Source: Rhina ancylostomus (lineage: Eukaryota). Taken from it: a DNA stretch of 64,000 bases. Within the stretch, counting starts at the first letter, position 1. The number at the start of each line of letters is the position of its first letter. The notes below the pieces were generated by a model. The model was not told the DNA's origin and did no database searches. It saw only the letters and a program-made list of their open reading frames with translations. The translations under genes were made by a program, and so were the position numbers. Shown here one piece after another: positions 41,901 through 56,900 of this stretch. The stretch lies in NCBI GenBank assembly GCA_030265395.1, contig JARFYF010000053.1:36303724-36367723 (forward strand), written 5' to 3'.

Positions 41901-44900
41901 CAAACTTGCAATAGGACAATATGGAAAATAATAACTGAACATTGTAACTTGCAATCTACATTCCAAACATCTGTCTAATTCTGCCCTAAATTGTAAGGAT
42001 TCTATTTTCATATCCCACTAACTCCCACTTTGAGGAAAATAATGCTAAGGGTACTTACTATATGAGCATTAAGTACGCTGTCCATCTCTCATCAGCGGGG
42101 AAGGGGTTGATTCCAATGACAGAGTGAAAGAAGAGGTCGTTGCGGCAGTAGGTGCGCTAAAATTTGACAGCGTGGACGTGTTTGTCAGCTGAACTTAAAA
42201 TAAGTAAGTCACTAAGACTGGATGGAATGTATCCCAGAAATTTGAATGATGTACGGGAAGAAAAGGGGCGCTACCCATTTTCAAATAAAAAGAATAATAA
42301 AAGGCCCAGAACTACAAGTCAGTCAGTCTGTACTCAGTGGTTAGAAAGATTTTAGAAATATGAATCTGGGATGCGATTTATGGTTATCTGGAGGGAAATG
42401 GGTTAATTAAGGCAGGTCAGCATGAACTTGTTAAGGGAAAATCGTATTCAAAGCACTTGGTCGTATTTGTTGACAAGATAATGGATAAATTTGATAAGGT
42501 TAGTTCAGCTGAAGTGTTTTGATACGGTTCAACAGATAAGGGTCATTAGTATATTTGAAGCACGTGGCATAAATGGACATTGATAGCATAGATATTAAAC
42601 TGGTTAAGTAATAAGTCACAGAGGGTTGTGGTTAATCGTTATTTTGCGGACCAGAGGAAGGAGAATAATGACCTATTCGAGGAAATAATGTATGTGTGAA
42701 CACCACAGTGATAAATTACATCAGGACATAAGTAGTCTGATTGAATAGTCAGACATGTGTCCTATAAAATTTAATGCAGTGATAAGAGGATGTATTTTGA
42801 TGTGAAATATGGGAAGAAACAACAGAGAATAAAGGATAATGTTCTGAAAAGGGTTCAGGAGGAGAAGAACGTGCAGATATAGCTGAACACTCACTGGAAG
42901 TGACGGGGTTTATTGAGAAAATCGTCAATAAACGAGATCGACAATCCGAAATTTATCAAGAGAGGCATGAAGTCTAAAAGCCGGGCAATTACACGAACCT
43001 TTATTGAATACCTGCACTGGAATCACCTTGCCCATAAACAGACCCAATCATCCATAAATCTGAAACTCTCCTGCATATATCGTCCCTTCAGTCACACATT
43101 CATCTGACGTATCCTCCTCCTCCGGTTTGCACCCGCACGTGGCAACAGAAGCGATCCAGAGCTCGAAAGGTCGTTCTCTTTAATCTCCGAGATAGTTCCC
43201 TCAATTCACTTTGCAGGACCTCAAACCCGTTTTACCTATGTCATTATTACCAACGTGGACCACGTAAACCTGCCGTTTTCACCCTTCTACATTTAGGATG
43301 TCCTGCAACCATTTTGAGATGTCCTTGACCCGACAAAGGGGGAGGTAAAATTGTATCCTGGACTCACGTCTGCAGCTGTAGAAGTGCTAGTCTCCTCCCC
43401 TTACTCTCGAGTCTCTCAACACTATTTCCATTAAAATTCGCCTCCTCTTTTGCAGCTGACCTGCTCATAGTGCAATGGCTTGACTCCTCAGAGATACATT
43501 CACCCACTATAATCCAGCACAGAGAAAATAAATTTCGAAGGGATTTGACATTTAAGACTTCCCTAGCGATATGCCTGCGTTCCTTCGTCTGCCTGGTGGT
43601 CACTCATTCCTTCTGTCTCCATTCCCTTAAAACATGATGTGACCGTCTTTAATAAAGAGTTATCTCTGGAAGCTTCAATAACGTGTATGGTTCGTTGTGC
43701 ATCTAGGAGGCGCATAAGCTCCAAAACCTGAATCTCAAAGTGCGAATATCTCTGTTAATGTATTTTGTTTTTTTTAAATGAAGTAGCCAAGGAGGTCAAG
43801 AAGGGAAAGGGAGCTGATTAGTCCGTCCTCCGCCACAGCCAGGACCTCCTGGAGGGCACCACATCCCACTCCCATACTGACATGTCTTTCCATGGCCTCC
43901 TCCATTGCCACGTTCAGGCCGGACGCCGGTTGGAGGAACATCACCTCATATTCTGCTTTCGGATTCTCCAACCTGATGGCCTCAACATCGATTTCTCTAA
44001 CTTACGGTAACCCCACCCCTTCTCTTTCTCCTCCCACGCTTGTCTTCCCTTATTCCCGTGGCTCCCTTTCCCTGCCTTGATTACCTGCCCATCTCCTCTC
44101 CTCCCCTCCTCCATCATTTATTCCATGGTCCACTGCCCTCTTCTTCTTCAGCCCTTTGCCTCTTCTACCTATCCCCTCTCAGCTTATTACATCTTCTCCC
44201 CCTTCCCCACCCTCCTACCATTCCCCTCTCACCTGGACACACCTATCACCAGAACTTCCGTATCACCTGCTTCCGTCTGTTCCCCCCCCTCCCCACACCA
44301 TCTTATTATNNNNNNNNNNATTCTACCTTCTGCCCTCTTACTTTGCAGTCCTGATGAAGGGTCTCGGACCAAAACGTCTACTGTTTCTTTCCCTCCAGGG
44401 ATGCTGCCTGATCTGCTGAGTCCCTCCAGCACTTTTTTTGTGTACTGACCCGGATTCCAGTATCTGCAGATTTTTATGTGTCTCTGATGAGTGGCAACGG
44501 AAGTTTAAAAGCCGTTTGTTAAAACGCCACATACGAGCTCCGTGATCAAGATTGGACCCCGAGGAAGACTCACGTGAAGCATCAATAGGAAATTGCAAGT
44601 CATTAAAGACTAAGTAGCTGTGGTCTTTCCATAGGCTCAGGTGTGAGCTCGTATGTCTCCTTAAAAAATCAACGGGGCTTCGGTGTATAAGGCACTCACT
44701 ATTTCCAAATCTGCAGGCGACATAAAATTTGGAACGGCAGTAAGCTGTTTGGATAATTGTAATTGACTTCAAATGGACACAATTGGAAGAAATAGATGCG
44801 GACGTGGAGGATGAAACAATGCAGAAAAATGCTGCTTAAACAAGATGACATAAGTTTAACAAGCATAAATGAACAGAAAAATATGCATGCATTGTTATTA

Positions 44901-47900
44901 GCCCAATTGTAGTATGAGAAAGTGGTTAAAAGCATAAGGATCCTGGGGAGGGGAGGGGCGCTGGGCTAGTCTTTGGAATATGGCAGAGAAAACATTGATA
45001 AACGAGTAAGGATTTCATGACATTCCATTTTAAGGTAGGGCAAGGAAGGGATTCACGAGCATAATTCTAGGGATAAGTTACCCCAGTCATGGTCATATAC
45101 AGGAGAATCTCGTGTTCTCTTTGGAAAGAGACAGCTATGGGGATCTGTCGGAGCTATTGAAACATGCAACGTATAAACAGAATGCGTAAGGGGAAACTGT
45201 CCCTATTGACAAATGAATTTGTAACGGGAACATACACTATGAAGGCGATTGTTGAAATAACTGACAGTAACACGAGGAAAGTCATTTACTTGGAGCGACT
45301 GGTTACCATCTCACTGCCAGAGATGACAGTGGTTTCCAATATTGAGCCAGAAACTGTTTGAAAATGGAGACAAAGGCGCAGAACGAAGGGGCAAGTGAAA
45401 GAGAAAAAAGAAATAATTAACTCATGGGCCGAATGTCCTCGTTCAGCCTTGAAACCTTCCTTTGCTGGCGCCACGCGAAAGTAGGAACAATGAGGACATG
45501 TGGAGAAAAGGATGAAGGAGATGAAAATGGAGAAAACGAAGAAGATTTCAAGGAGAAGCAAGCCAAATTTATTGAGTCGGCGATGATTTGTGGGTCCATT
45601 AAAAAACTTAAGAAGGATAACAGACAAAAGAGAGGTATTCACGTAAACGAGAAACGAAACATGATGAGAAACGGAAAGTAATGGAAAGAGAAGTAGAAAT
45701 TGATGGAATGCTAAACTGGAAGAGACAGAAAGAAGAGATAAAAGAAACATTTAAATTTGACAGTTTGCAGATCCAAAGCAATTGATTGGAGAGCATGGAT
45801 ATCTGTACAGCAAAGGGAAGTTACGGAGAAAGGGAAGGCCAATCTGCCGTCATGTTTGGATTTAAAACGAAGGCAAATTCAATATCTAAGTTTTGTATAG
45901 CCGACATACACTGCAGATAAGTAGAATTTTTTTTAAATGTTGGATAGTACCAGACTTCCAAGACGCCTTTAATTTTCGGGAAGCAAAGACAAAAATTTGA
46001 TGAGGGCGAAGGCAACAGCCAAGCTTAACTAAGGCTTACTGATTTGTTCGCTGTGCGAAGCAAAGTTCTCTCTAAACTAGACAATATATTTAAGGTGTTC
46101 TGGCCGAGCTCGGGCAATGAAGATGAATTCAGTTTGCTGAATCGTAAAAAAGTAATGGTTCCAGAGATGTTGATATTAATGTTTCATTCAACAAAATTCT
46201 GCTCATTTGACGTTTGATGTTTGGCAAATTTAGGCTGCGAGAGCGGAATGAGAACTGCTGGATAGGCAGTGCCTAGTGTCATTAGTGAAAGCGAAATTTC
46301 GATAAGTGGTTGTGTTAGCAAGGACAGCGAAACTGATTTATTTTTATATTAATTATGTTGTAAGACCATGTTGCGCGAAAAGGTTCTTTTGGAATCTTAA
46401 AGATACAGGACTCTGGATACAGGCTTTGGATTTTATAAGCTGTTTAATCACAAAGGCAAACACGGGGACAGAATGAAGGGGAACAGATGCACACTCACGC
46501 ACACATGCAGGAGACCTCGAACGTGAGTGGGAATCGCAACGAGGATGAGATACACACATACACTCACACACACAAACACACAGCTTCTCAAGGGATGAAC
46601 GCTTCAATGCTTGAATACCCTGACCCAAACACGCATTGTCCCTAACACTCACTGGAATCTGACTAAGACGCTCCCAAAGCACGTGGTGGTGCACACTCTA
46701 ACCACTGGTCAACGCAGCGTTTCCTCACTATTCCTGGGGCAGTTCAAAAGAGAGAGACCGGGGTTGCAACACTCTTTATAGCTCTGGGATACTGGGTGGA
46801 GCCTAGCGGGGTGACTTAGACAGACCAGTGGTTTGGAGATCAAGGGCAAAGGTGCCTGCCGAGGCCAATGGTCAGGCAGGTTCAGGAACAAAGGTGTTTC
46901 TCCAAAGCCAGTCCCTATGCCCACACGATGGGTGGGGTGGAGCCACAACTTGATTGACTGTAGTATCACTCCCGATCCAGGGGCAATGCTGTCCTCCGAC
47001 CAACGGGGTCAGTGCTGTTACTGTCACGTGACAGCAATGTGCTCTCCTACTACAGACCGACGTGTGTGTTTTAAGATGAAGTCCTGAAATATCCAACAAC
47101 GATTTGCATTGTTCCGAAGGCTTTGATGGTGAGTTCTCGGATGCTGACATTAACACGAGATTAATTAGATGAGGGACGGATATGACAACATGTGTCATCA
47201 TGCACGTTCATGTCCAGCATTCTATATCGGTCTATCTGGGATCCCCCAGAATTGTGCCGGATTTCACTTCTTCTATAGTGCGCTGTCAGACCTCGTACAA
47301 GGTCAAATACTCAAATAATCTGAAAATATGATCTCGTCCTGTTTAATAGTGAATACAGATTATTATGTTTTTAGTGATTCTGCCCAGTTTTCCGATGAAA
47401 GGGTTCAAATGAAAGTATTCGATCCGAACCTGTTTCCCCAGCTGTTTCTTTAATTACGGGGATTTCCAGTTTTATTAAAAAAATAAATAGGTTAGCAAAC
47501 AAGAGAAAAATGTTCTCTTGAAAAAGAGGAAGAGGTAAACGGTAAGCCTCTTGGTCAGTTTGCATTGGTCATCCATTTTTTTTGCAGAATTCCTTTTCAG
47601 AATTTAATTATTAAAATGAATTGTAGTGTTTGAAATGCTGCCATTGACAAAGGCAATGACGCTCTCCTAGACTAACTCATTATTTTGACACAAATAGGAC
47701 CTCAACTTGCGTTTTGTTAGAGACTATCAAGGATGATTTGGAGGCAGGGCTCCAATACCTGAGGCCTGAACCTTGCACCAGACACTTGAGTAAGGAGAAT
47801 CAGTGAGATTTTCAATCCAAATATATCGCGTTTACTTCCATCGTTTGGAAGTAGGAGCCCTGATCTAATCGGTCTTCTTGCTGTATGAAAGGAAGGATGA

Positions 47901-50900
47901 TATGGCACACAACAAACGCTGGGTGGAACCAGGAAGAAAATAAACAGGCTCCTTAGCCATTGTTGGAAGTTGAAATCAAATATTGTCCCTGACCTGCTTC
48001 TTGAAGATTGTCTCTAAGTTTTTCCACATCTGAAAAAGAAATCGAACGTAATGAGGTTCAGCAGAAAATGTGTTACTATTCTGATTCCGTTGACAAAGGT
48101 ATTAATTACGGAGATGAGAACAAGGTCGGAGTTCAGATATTGAACACCAACTTTGAGAGAGTGCTGCATTATTTTTGACGGGACGTTATAACGCTGACTT
48201 GGGAATTCAGGTGCAAATGACATAACCCATGCAGAAAACGAAAATCTCGGCTTCCAATCCTGCCCGTTCCACGTACATTCCCCACTTGTCTCCACCACCA
48301 CAACCCATAATTCTGGGTCAAGCGTTTTGTTCACGAAATCGTACGATCCAATCCGATGCCTACTTGTGAAAACTTGCTCTGCACCGATTGCCTACTTTGT
48401 TTCCTGCGTTACTGCACCGACTCTGACTCCAAATTAATTTTTCCTGCTGCATAGACAAAAGCCGGATGACTCGGAATGTTGATATTTCCTCGCATTAACT
48501 TCATTAATATCAAGATACGAACAAACCGCTTTGGTATAAATCGATGGGATGTTTGCTAACCCTGAGTTTTCTATTCCCTTCTACTTACAGAGCACTTCCT
48601 TCAACCTTTGTAGACTAGTCGTTTTGATGGTTCCAAGAAGGACTTAATTTCACAATCTAATACTTTGTAGTTAGACATGTTTATGAGAATTGATTTATTG
48701 ATGATCTTACTTTCAGTATCCCGCATTAGAACATTCCCTCATGCGAGAGGTACGACTCTACTTTATTAATTATAACAAGTTTCACGATTTTATAATGTTC
48801 ACGTAGTTCAAAATACAACATTTACATAGCAAGTAACAGAATCAGTGCATTAAATATCATGTCTAGTGTCTTACGTATTAATTTTTTGGTGATTTATTCA
48901 GTGTTTTCTTTTGAATTCTTTTTACCAAACTGTCTACCGTTCCGGCTGTGATCGAGATAAGGCCTTCTAAAAATGAATTAGGCATGACGTGAAAACACGC
49001 TGGGACAAAATAAATTATAGTTTCCTTCATATATGCCCCGACTTTTATTGAATGACAGGCTGATCTTCAGCAGATGAATAGATTGTCTATTGCATCAAGG
49101 ATCAGGGAATTTTCAGAGCGGCGGGGATGGAACAAAAAACCTTGTTTGGATGAACATTTTTATGAACTGCTGCTGTACAAGTGGACCAAATACAAGAATT
49201 TCCAAACTTCACCTTTTATGATAAATGTAAAGATTGAATAGGCAAGTACCTAATATCGAGAATTGATTCGGCGTCTTCAGAGGAAAGGTTCGACAGTCTA
49301 GGCTCTTATCGGTTGGAATTAGGAAGAATTTATAAGAGTCAGACTGGGACTGATTGAATCATATAACAACCCCCGATGTCTGGGCAGTGTGAATGAAGAT
49401 TCGATATTTCTACTTTGGGAGAATCTAGAACGAAGTGCCACTGCTTGATGGGGGGCCACTTCAAACGGAAACCAGGCAATTTCTTTTTTCCCAACCCCGT
49501 TCCACCTATCGAAATCAACTCACTTCATCAGACGCAGATGGAAGCAGATTCTGTGTATACTTTCAAGGTAAAAGTAGACATATTCTTGTCGAGAAAGAGT
49601 TTGAAATGTTGGTTGGGTACACGGAAATTCAGAGTTAAGATTAGAACCAAATCAGCCATAACCTTATTAAATAGGTGAGCAGATTTGACGAACTAATTTG
49701 TTTATCTTGTTTCTAATTCGAATATTCGTATCAATGTACGATAAAAATGACCCTATTCTATGAGTCCAATGCAGTGAAACTACTTGTAATATGTTCCAAT
49801 CCGTGTTCATTGCCACTAAAAAATATCGTACGCATCGGTACCTTTTTCTTTTTTGCCCAATCTTTGTTCTGAATCAAAATGAAGAAATAATGATTAATTA
49901 TGCAAATAATGACAGAAAAGAGACAGCAAGCATTCTACAGTTTAACTGAAACTGAGGAATCACTACTCTTTGGATTCCTTTTACACCAAATTCAACAGAA
50001 AACGAGATCGCGCTTTTAAAGTTTGGCAGTAAGAATATTCATTTCCCGAGGTGGCAAACATGGCAACTGATCAAGCAGACGAAATATATATCGAAAATCT
50101 AATTTCTGTTATTTTAAGACTGGCATGGATTTCTTTTCTGTGTCATCGCGTAGACATTACAGTTTTGAATAAACTGTTTGTCAGTTTATGACGTACTCCT
50201 AATAAAGGACTACAAAATCTAACTTGATAAACATTCAGCGTCGGTGTAATGGTTATATGGGTTTAGGTATTAATGAGATTCTAATGCGCAGGATATCTCA
50301 TCATTCACAGACCTGGCAAACCATTCAGCACAATCAGCACCCTGTACGCGCCTTGACTTTTTGGATGGATGCACACAAACCCCGGAATTGGCTTTGTCCC
50401 AAACGTTCTTCGATATTTCAAAATATTTCTATTATATCTTACAATTTGCAGGAAGTCTGTTCCCCTGGTTCGTGTATTTTTAAGTAGCACAACTAAACAT
50501 TTGAATTCTGTGTTTCATGTGAACCGCACCGAACTCTATCCACATCACTCTGATTCCTATTTGCATTGGAAACTTAAACTTACCCTTGAAGAAATATACT
50601 GAAATGGCCTCGATCATTATGCTTAAGCAAATTCCACAAAATGAAGAGCTTTTGGATAACAATGTTTGCCACGAATACTTTATCAGACACTTAATGGCCA
50701 TCATATATCTAAGACCACTAGATAAGAGAAACCTTCAAGACAACATCTACTGGGGATCTTGCTATAAAACCACGCATAAATTGTAGAAAAAATCTATTTG
50801 TGTAGATGCCAGTCCGCAGAGTCCAAACAATGAAGTTCAACTTTGAATAATGTTCTCACCTCTCAATTCCATTAATTTAGAAATGAACTCAGTCGGGTGT

Positions 50901-53900
50901 TTGCGCTTCAGCATTAACAGTACCATTTTTCTTAGCCTAAGAACAGGTGTAAATTGTTCAGCATGTCAATATCTCCATTTTGCTTTTTCACTCATTCTTT
51001 GTATGCTTGCCGAAGGAAAGTAAATAAATTTTAGATTATAAAACAATCTTGGCCCCAACATCTCAAAGAAAATGTATCAATCCATAGTAACATAAGAAAC
51101 AGGACGGCAATAGGCTATTCAGCCCTTCGACTTGCTCTACCACTTCTTACAGTGATGGCCAATTATTTATTTCAATACAATTTCTCAGATTTTTCACGAT
51201 AGCCTTCTGTGACTTCAATTTAAAAATTTTCGTTCTTAAATATATTCGGTGACAGGGCCTTTACAATCTTCGCTGGCAGTAAATATGAACGATTTGGCAC
51301 CTCTGAAGAAAGATATTTCATCTGATCTCGGTACGAATCTCTTTCCCTGTAAACAGAAGCTGTAATACGTGGCGACAGAATGACCAGTCATAGAAAATAT
51401 TATATTCCCGAATTAATCTCCCAGATCTGTCAGAATTCTGGATTTGTATGCCCTCTTCTTCTTCTAAATTGCGATTAATACAATGTAAATCAACTTAATC
51501 TCTATGATTGTCATGCAGTCTCTGAAAACTAGAACCATAGAACAATGTAGCACAATACAGGTCCTTCGGCCGACCATGTTGTGTCGCTCACTGCCTTGTA
51601 AACGTTTGTTGAAATTTCTCCGACTTCAATAGACAAGGAGACCAGAAAAGCGCACAATATTCTTGGTGTTGTCTCATGAATGTCCTTTGCTCCTATACTT
51701 AAATTATTGCAATGATTCGCACATAATTCTCCTTAACTATTTCTGCATGTCTGCTTCGAATGGCCTTTGTACAAAGACATGCTAATCGTTTTGAACATCA
51801 ATATTTCCCGATCTATTATAATTTGACTGGAACTCTGCCTTCAGTTTTCCTTAACAAACTGCACATTTATCGACATTATAGAACAGTTGCCATGTTTTAC
51901 CCATTTGGTCAATTTATTTGTTTCCTGAAAGCATCTTCGCATGCACATCACAACTCAGCATCTATCAAACTGATAAATTTGAAAATATTGCATTCTACAT
52001 TTGAACTTCCATGCAGCAATCCCTCCCAGTTACTCAATACCTACCACCCGACGCTCCATTAAGGACCAGTTTACTCCATTGTTTCATACCTGTCAAGCCA
52101 CTTTCAATCCACGCTAACTCATTGCACTCAATAACTTGCATTTTACTTTTACACACTAAGCATTCATGTGTGACTTTGTCATAGATTTTCTGAAAGTCCA
52201 ACTGCTTCAATTCCACTTATTTTCCATTGACTATTCTACCACTTACATCCATAAGTAACATCAGTGGGTTTTTCAAATACAATGTCCCTAACTGAAATCT
52301 GTTTTTCTTTCACCCAATCCAATTGATATTTTCGAAGTGTCCTGTAACCTCATAATTTAGAATGGCTTCCCTGCAATTTCCTCACGGAAAATATTTGTTT
52401 ATTGCACTATTTACCAATCACTGATACGAATTCTACATTTATAACTTCACTAAACTATATTAACTGCATATTTGTAAACGCCTTTACCGTCCAGTTTGGT
52501 GCACACTGTAGCTTCACTTTGATACTGCGTTTTGACTTCTTAATAATTGCAATTGACTACCTTTACTGAGATGAAAACTCTTTCCAATCCTTATTTTGCT
52601 ACGTTGACCGGCAATCTCATCGGCATCCTCTTTAGCTCCGACGACAACCTGAGCTTCTTAAGTTGCCATCGTGGGGAGCGTTACCGTTTGAATTTTCAAA
52701 GCAGGCCAGAATACGTAACGGTTGTTGTTCCTGCATTCCTCCCTCACGTATTATTCGTGGCTCATACAAAGTCGCGCCTTTTGATGAAGCTTCCCAACTT
52801 ATCAAAGCCAACTCAGTCCTTATACCATCACAGTTTCCTTTGTTCAGATTCAGGACGCTAGTTTCGGTTTCAACTATGTAACTTTCTATCACAATGAATA
52901 AATTTTTCACGTTATGATCACTTTCCCCCAGTGAACTTCATCCAGCAAGCTCATTTACCAACTCGTTATTTACGCACTGTGTTCATTACAGATAGATATT
53001 TTCTCGTAAGCTACATGCCTCAAAGACTGTCATCAACATACTTCTGCTGTTCCTGTTCCACAAGATCCTCGCTGAATTGGTCTGTCAGTTAGAGACGAGC
53101 ACTGTAATTTACATTGCAAACTCCATCCTGACATAAATACTGTACGACTTAATAGCTCCGCCATCTGGCCTCGACTCACACACCAACGATACGATTTATT
53201 TTGGTATCTAGTGAACTCTTCCTAATTTACTGTCAAGGAAAGTCAAGCATAGTCACGCGCGTTGACACCTTTAAAAATCTTCATAGAATATCATTTTGGT
53301 GAATCGACAGTTTAGCACCTGCAAGACCAACATGAAGTGCGCGGTGCTTTCTACGTATTATGCCCAATTACGCACCCATTATTATTCCACTCCACGTGAA
53401 ACTATAGGTTCTTCATTCTGAACTCCAATTGCAACAGAATGATGATGAAATAAGTGCGCTTTCTCCAAAGTGTTTATTTCATGAATGTTCTTTTGCAAGC
53501 TTATATTCCACTCGCCCCGATTTACGATCAAATTTTAAAGGGATAGCCGAGGTAGCAAAGTAAATTGAAAAGGGGTAAAACACTGTGTCTTCAGCGAAGA
53601 AAAACTATATTCCCTTCCTTTGCCATCTGCCTGCGAACAAGTTCGGTGTCCAAGCTAGTATGTATTATTTGTTTCCCTACCTCCAGGTTTTGTTAAGCAC
53701 GATATGTCACTGGGAGTAAATGAATATTAACGCTCTTATATATCTATTGTTGGTCATGTTGGTGGCAGCTTCAACATTACGTCATCGTTTTCTTAAACAT
53801 GAATTTTAACCGATTACATTCATGTTTTTATTATCCAGGAAAAGTAACAAATCATGTATCATATATTTTAATAGAAACGTTTTTAGTTTACACTGGCGAA

Positions 53901-56900
53901 ACCGCAGCAATTTGCCCTCCACTTTGGTTGAGATAAATTATAATCAAAACGTTTTCCATTGACCTGTATCGTGCAGATTGTCTTTTAGTTTCCCAACTTC
54001 TAAAGAAAGACAAGTGGAAACATGTGAGAGAAGTTAAATTGTTACACGCTCGTAGAATATGCACATTGTGAAATAGAACGACGTACAGTGCTGCCTCTAA
54101 GACGATAGAAATAAAAGGAAAGGCAAATTTAACGAATCATTGACAAAATTACCAAGGATAGACTAAGGCCGGACGAGAATAAATAATCTATTACATGAAG
54201 GAGAAAGTAAGACAGAAAGAAATACCCAGGTCAAGAAGGAAGGAAGTACTGTAAAGTGAAGATGTGATTACAGAGGAAGGAAGAAGCAATGTGACATCNN
54301 NNNNNNNNNNNNNNNNNNNNNNNNNNNNNNNNNNNNNNNNNNNNNNNNNNNNNNNNNNNNNNNNNNNNNNNNNNNNNNNNNNNNNNNNNNNNNNNNNNNN
54401 NNNNNNNNNNNNNNNNNNNNNNNNNNNNNNTGGACATTAAAGAATCTAGGCACTTCTAACGGCAAGCTAAATGCAACTTTGTGTGGAGTCTATTACGGAC
54501 TCAGCACAATCGTTTTAATCTTGCTGGTGCACATCGAGATTCAGTAACAAAATAGGTAATGCTGATTCGATTAAGTAAAACCTAAACTCACTGCTTACCT
54601 TTTTCTTTCTTGTTGAGTTTTAGTTCTAGATGAAAGACAATATTGATCAACGTATTTATTGGGCTGGAATTTGGTCTCAGTCGAAGTTGCGGAGGCCGCT
54701 CGTTCATGTATTTCCCAATATTCAATCATACTATTTGCTTTCAAAGTGAACATCGCTGCAGGAGTATATCAGATCGCATGACACATAAGAGCAGAATATC
54801 CATTCCATTGTGAATAGAACGGCCTTAAGAAATTTGCATTGAGTTCAAGTCATGATGAATTTATAAGTCATGCAAAAATCATGTATTAGACCCTATCACC
54901 AAATTAAATCGTTGAGCAATATATTCAGGCTATCACCTTACTTAGTATCTCCCATGCAAATATATCAAGAATGGCAATAAAATAAAAATCACCTGCATAT
55001 TATCCCATTCTTATATCAGGATAGGAGATGCTTCATTACGGGCGGACACTTTACACGCTGTATTATCTCTTTAGCCCCAGATTTAAAAATAAAAGCTGTA
55101 GATTTAAGTTAGTTGAAGTCCCATTCTCCCTTCCAGAGAATGTGTACAGACCCGTCAAAAAGTTGATTTTCCGCATACCCGTTAACCAATGCAAGCTAAG
55201 CAAACTGGCTAGAGTCAGTGCTGAATTGACAGGTGAGATCTTTGAAGATTCACACATATTTGATGATGTTGCCTCTGTGTTATTTTGTCATTTCTTGTTA
55301 TTTTCGCGTTTGCAACAAATCCCACAAGTTATCCACGTTCTGATTGGCCTGAATACTCGAGATGCACAGATATCCAGTGCAAGTCTGCAGATATCTTATT
55401 TAGTGTCGCACGTCTGCATTATAATTGTGAAACTGCATGTTAGAAAAAGTATTCTGTGGAATGAAATGCACATCAGAAAAGACCGAAAGCTTTCAGACCG
55501 CGTTGTGACACACTTTCAATATTCAGCGCCGTTTAACTAATCGAAATAAAATGTTGCAACATCAATGCTACATCACACCAACATGATGTCTACTGAATCT
55601 CAGCCAAACATTTTATTGAAAGTGTTTTGTTCAGTTTATCTAACGTTTTTTCATCTTATTCCTTCGTTTCAGGTTTCCCATAAATAAGTGGTGCTTACTG
55701 AGTGTAGCCAGCATTAGTGTTCCACAGTTTGTTTGAAACGATAATTTGTCAAATTTGTGGTTCCTCTCACCGATATCCTGGATGTAGTCTTTCAACTTTC
55801 CTATACCTATAAAGTAGAAAATGTAACGTTCTCATTCCGTTCACTCGACTTCCTTAAAATCCTTCTTGACAAAGGAAGGTACACTGAGCAATAACGAACA
55901 TTTCTATATTTTTAATTGTCATAGAATCATAGAACAGTACAGCACAATACAGACCCTTCTGACCATAATTTTGTGCCGACCTTTCAATCTCGTCTATGAC
56001 GACCTAACCCCTTCCTCCCACATATTCCCCTATTTTAAATTCCTCCATATACTTGTCTAGCAATCTCTTGAATTTGAACAATATACCTGCATCCACCACC
56101 ACCCTAGGCAGCACATTCCATGCCCCAACTGCTCTCTGGGTAAAAAAAAACATACATCAGATATATCCCTTGAACTTCCCACTCATTACTTTAACACCAT
56201 ACCCTCTGTGCCCTGGGAATGAGGCGCTGGCTGTCTACTCCATCTATTCCTCTCAGTATTTTGTATACTTCTATCATGTCTCCACTCATCTTCCTTCTCT
56301 CCAAAGAGTAAAGCCCTAGCTCCCTTAGTCTCTCCTCATAATACATACTCTCTAAACCAGGCAGCATCCAGGTAAATCTCCTCTGCACCATTTCTAACGC
56401 TTGCACATCCTTTCTAAAACGAGGCGACCAGAACTGGACACAGTACTCTAAGTGTGATGAAGGAAGAGCGAAGCCGGTTTCTAAAACAGACAATTTGTTT
56501 GATATTGGGCAAAATCAGTCCATTTCATAAGAGATACCATGCACCTATATATATGTATTCGGCGTCAATCCTCTTGAAATTGTTGGCTAGATCTCATTAT
56601 GAATATACTGCACACAACATCAAGAATAACAGGAGGCAGGAGAAACGAATTGTTTGGGTCGCGGCCAGTAAGGGAGCACTCGGAGGTGGTTTGCATGGTC
56701 AATTTTATGAAACCTCTTGCCAGGTAAGAAGCAAGAGGTCTACCTAAATCACCCATAGCTTAACGTACCTCCGGATTTTTTCCCAAGAATTCCCCAGATG
56801 TTGATGACGAGGCTTTTTCCGGAGTGTCTGCAGCGTTGTCTGAAAAACGGCCAGGTTTCTAACGGAAAGTAAACTCACTTTGTTCATTCATTGATATTCG

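Noticed and set aside
46860-46980. CCAAT/CACCC-like motifs reminiscent of a globin promoter
   Set aside because: No globin exons nearby; the motifs lie within the probable solo LTR.
48014-48334. ORF starting MNKTLDPE, resembling the VTLDP start of a B30.2 domain
   Set aside because: No further PRY/SPRY motifs; it is intron sequence running into exon 9 in another frame.
50584-50598. 15-nt segment VYFFK with a strong gtaagt donor
   Set aside because: Weak acceptor; would break the 21-aa period between exons 7 and 8.
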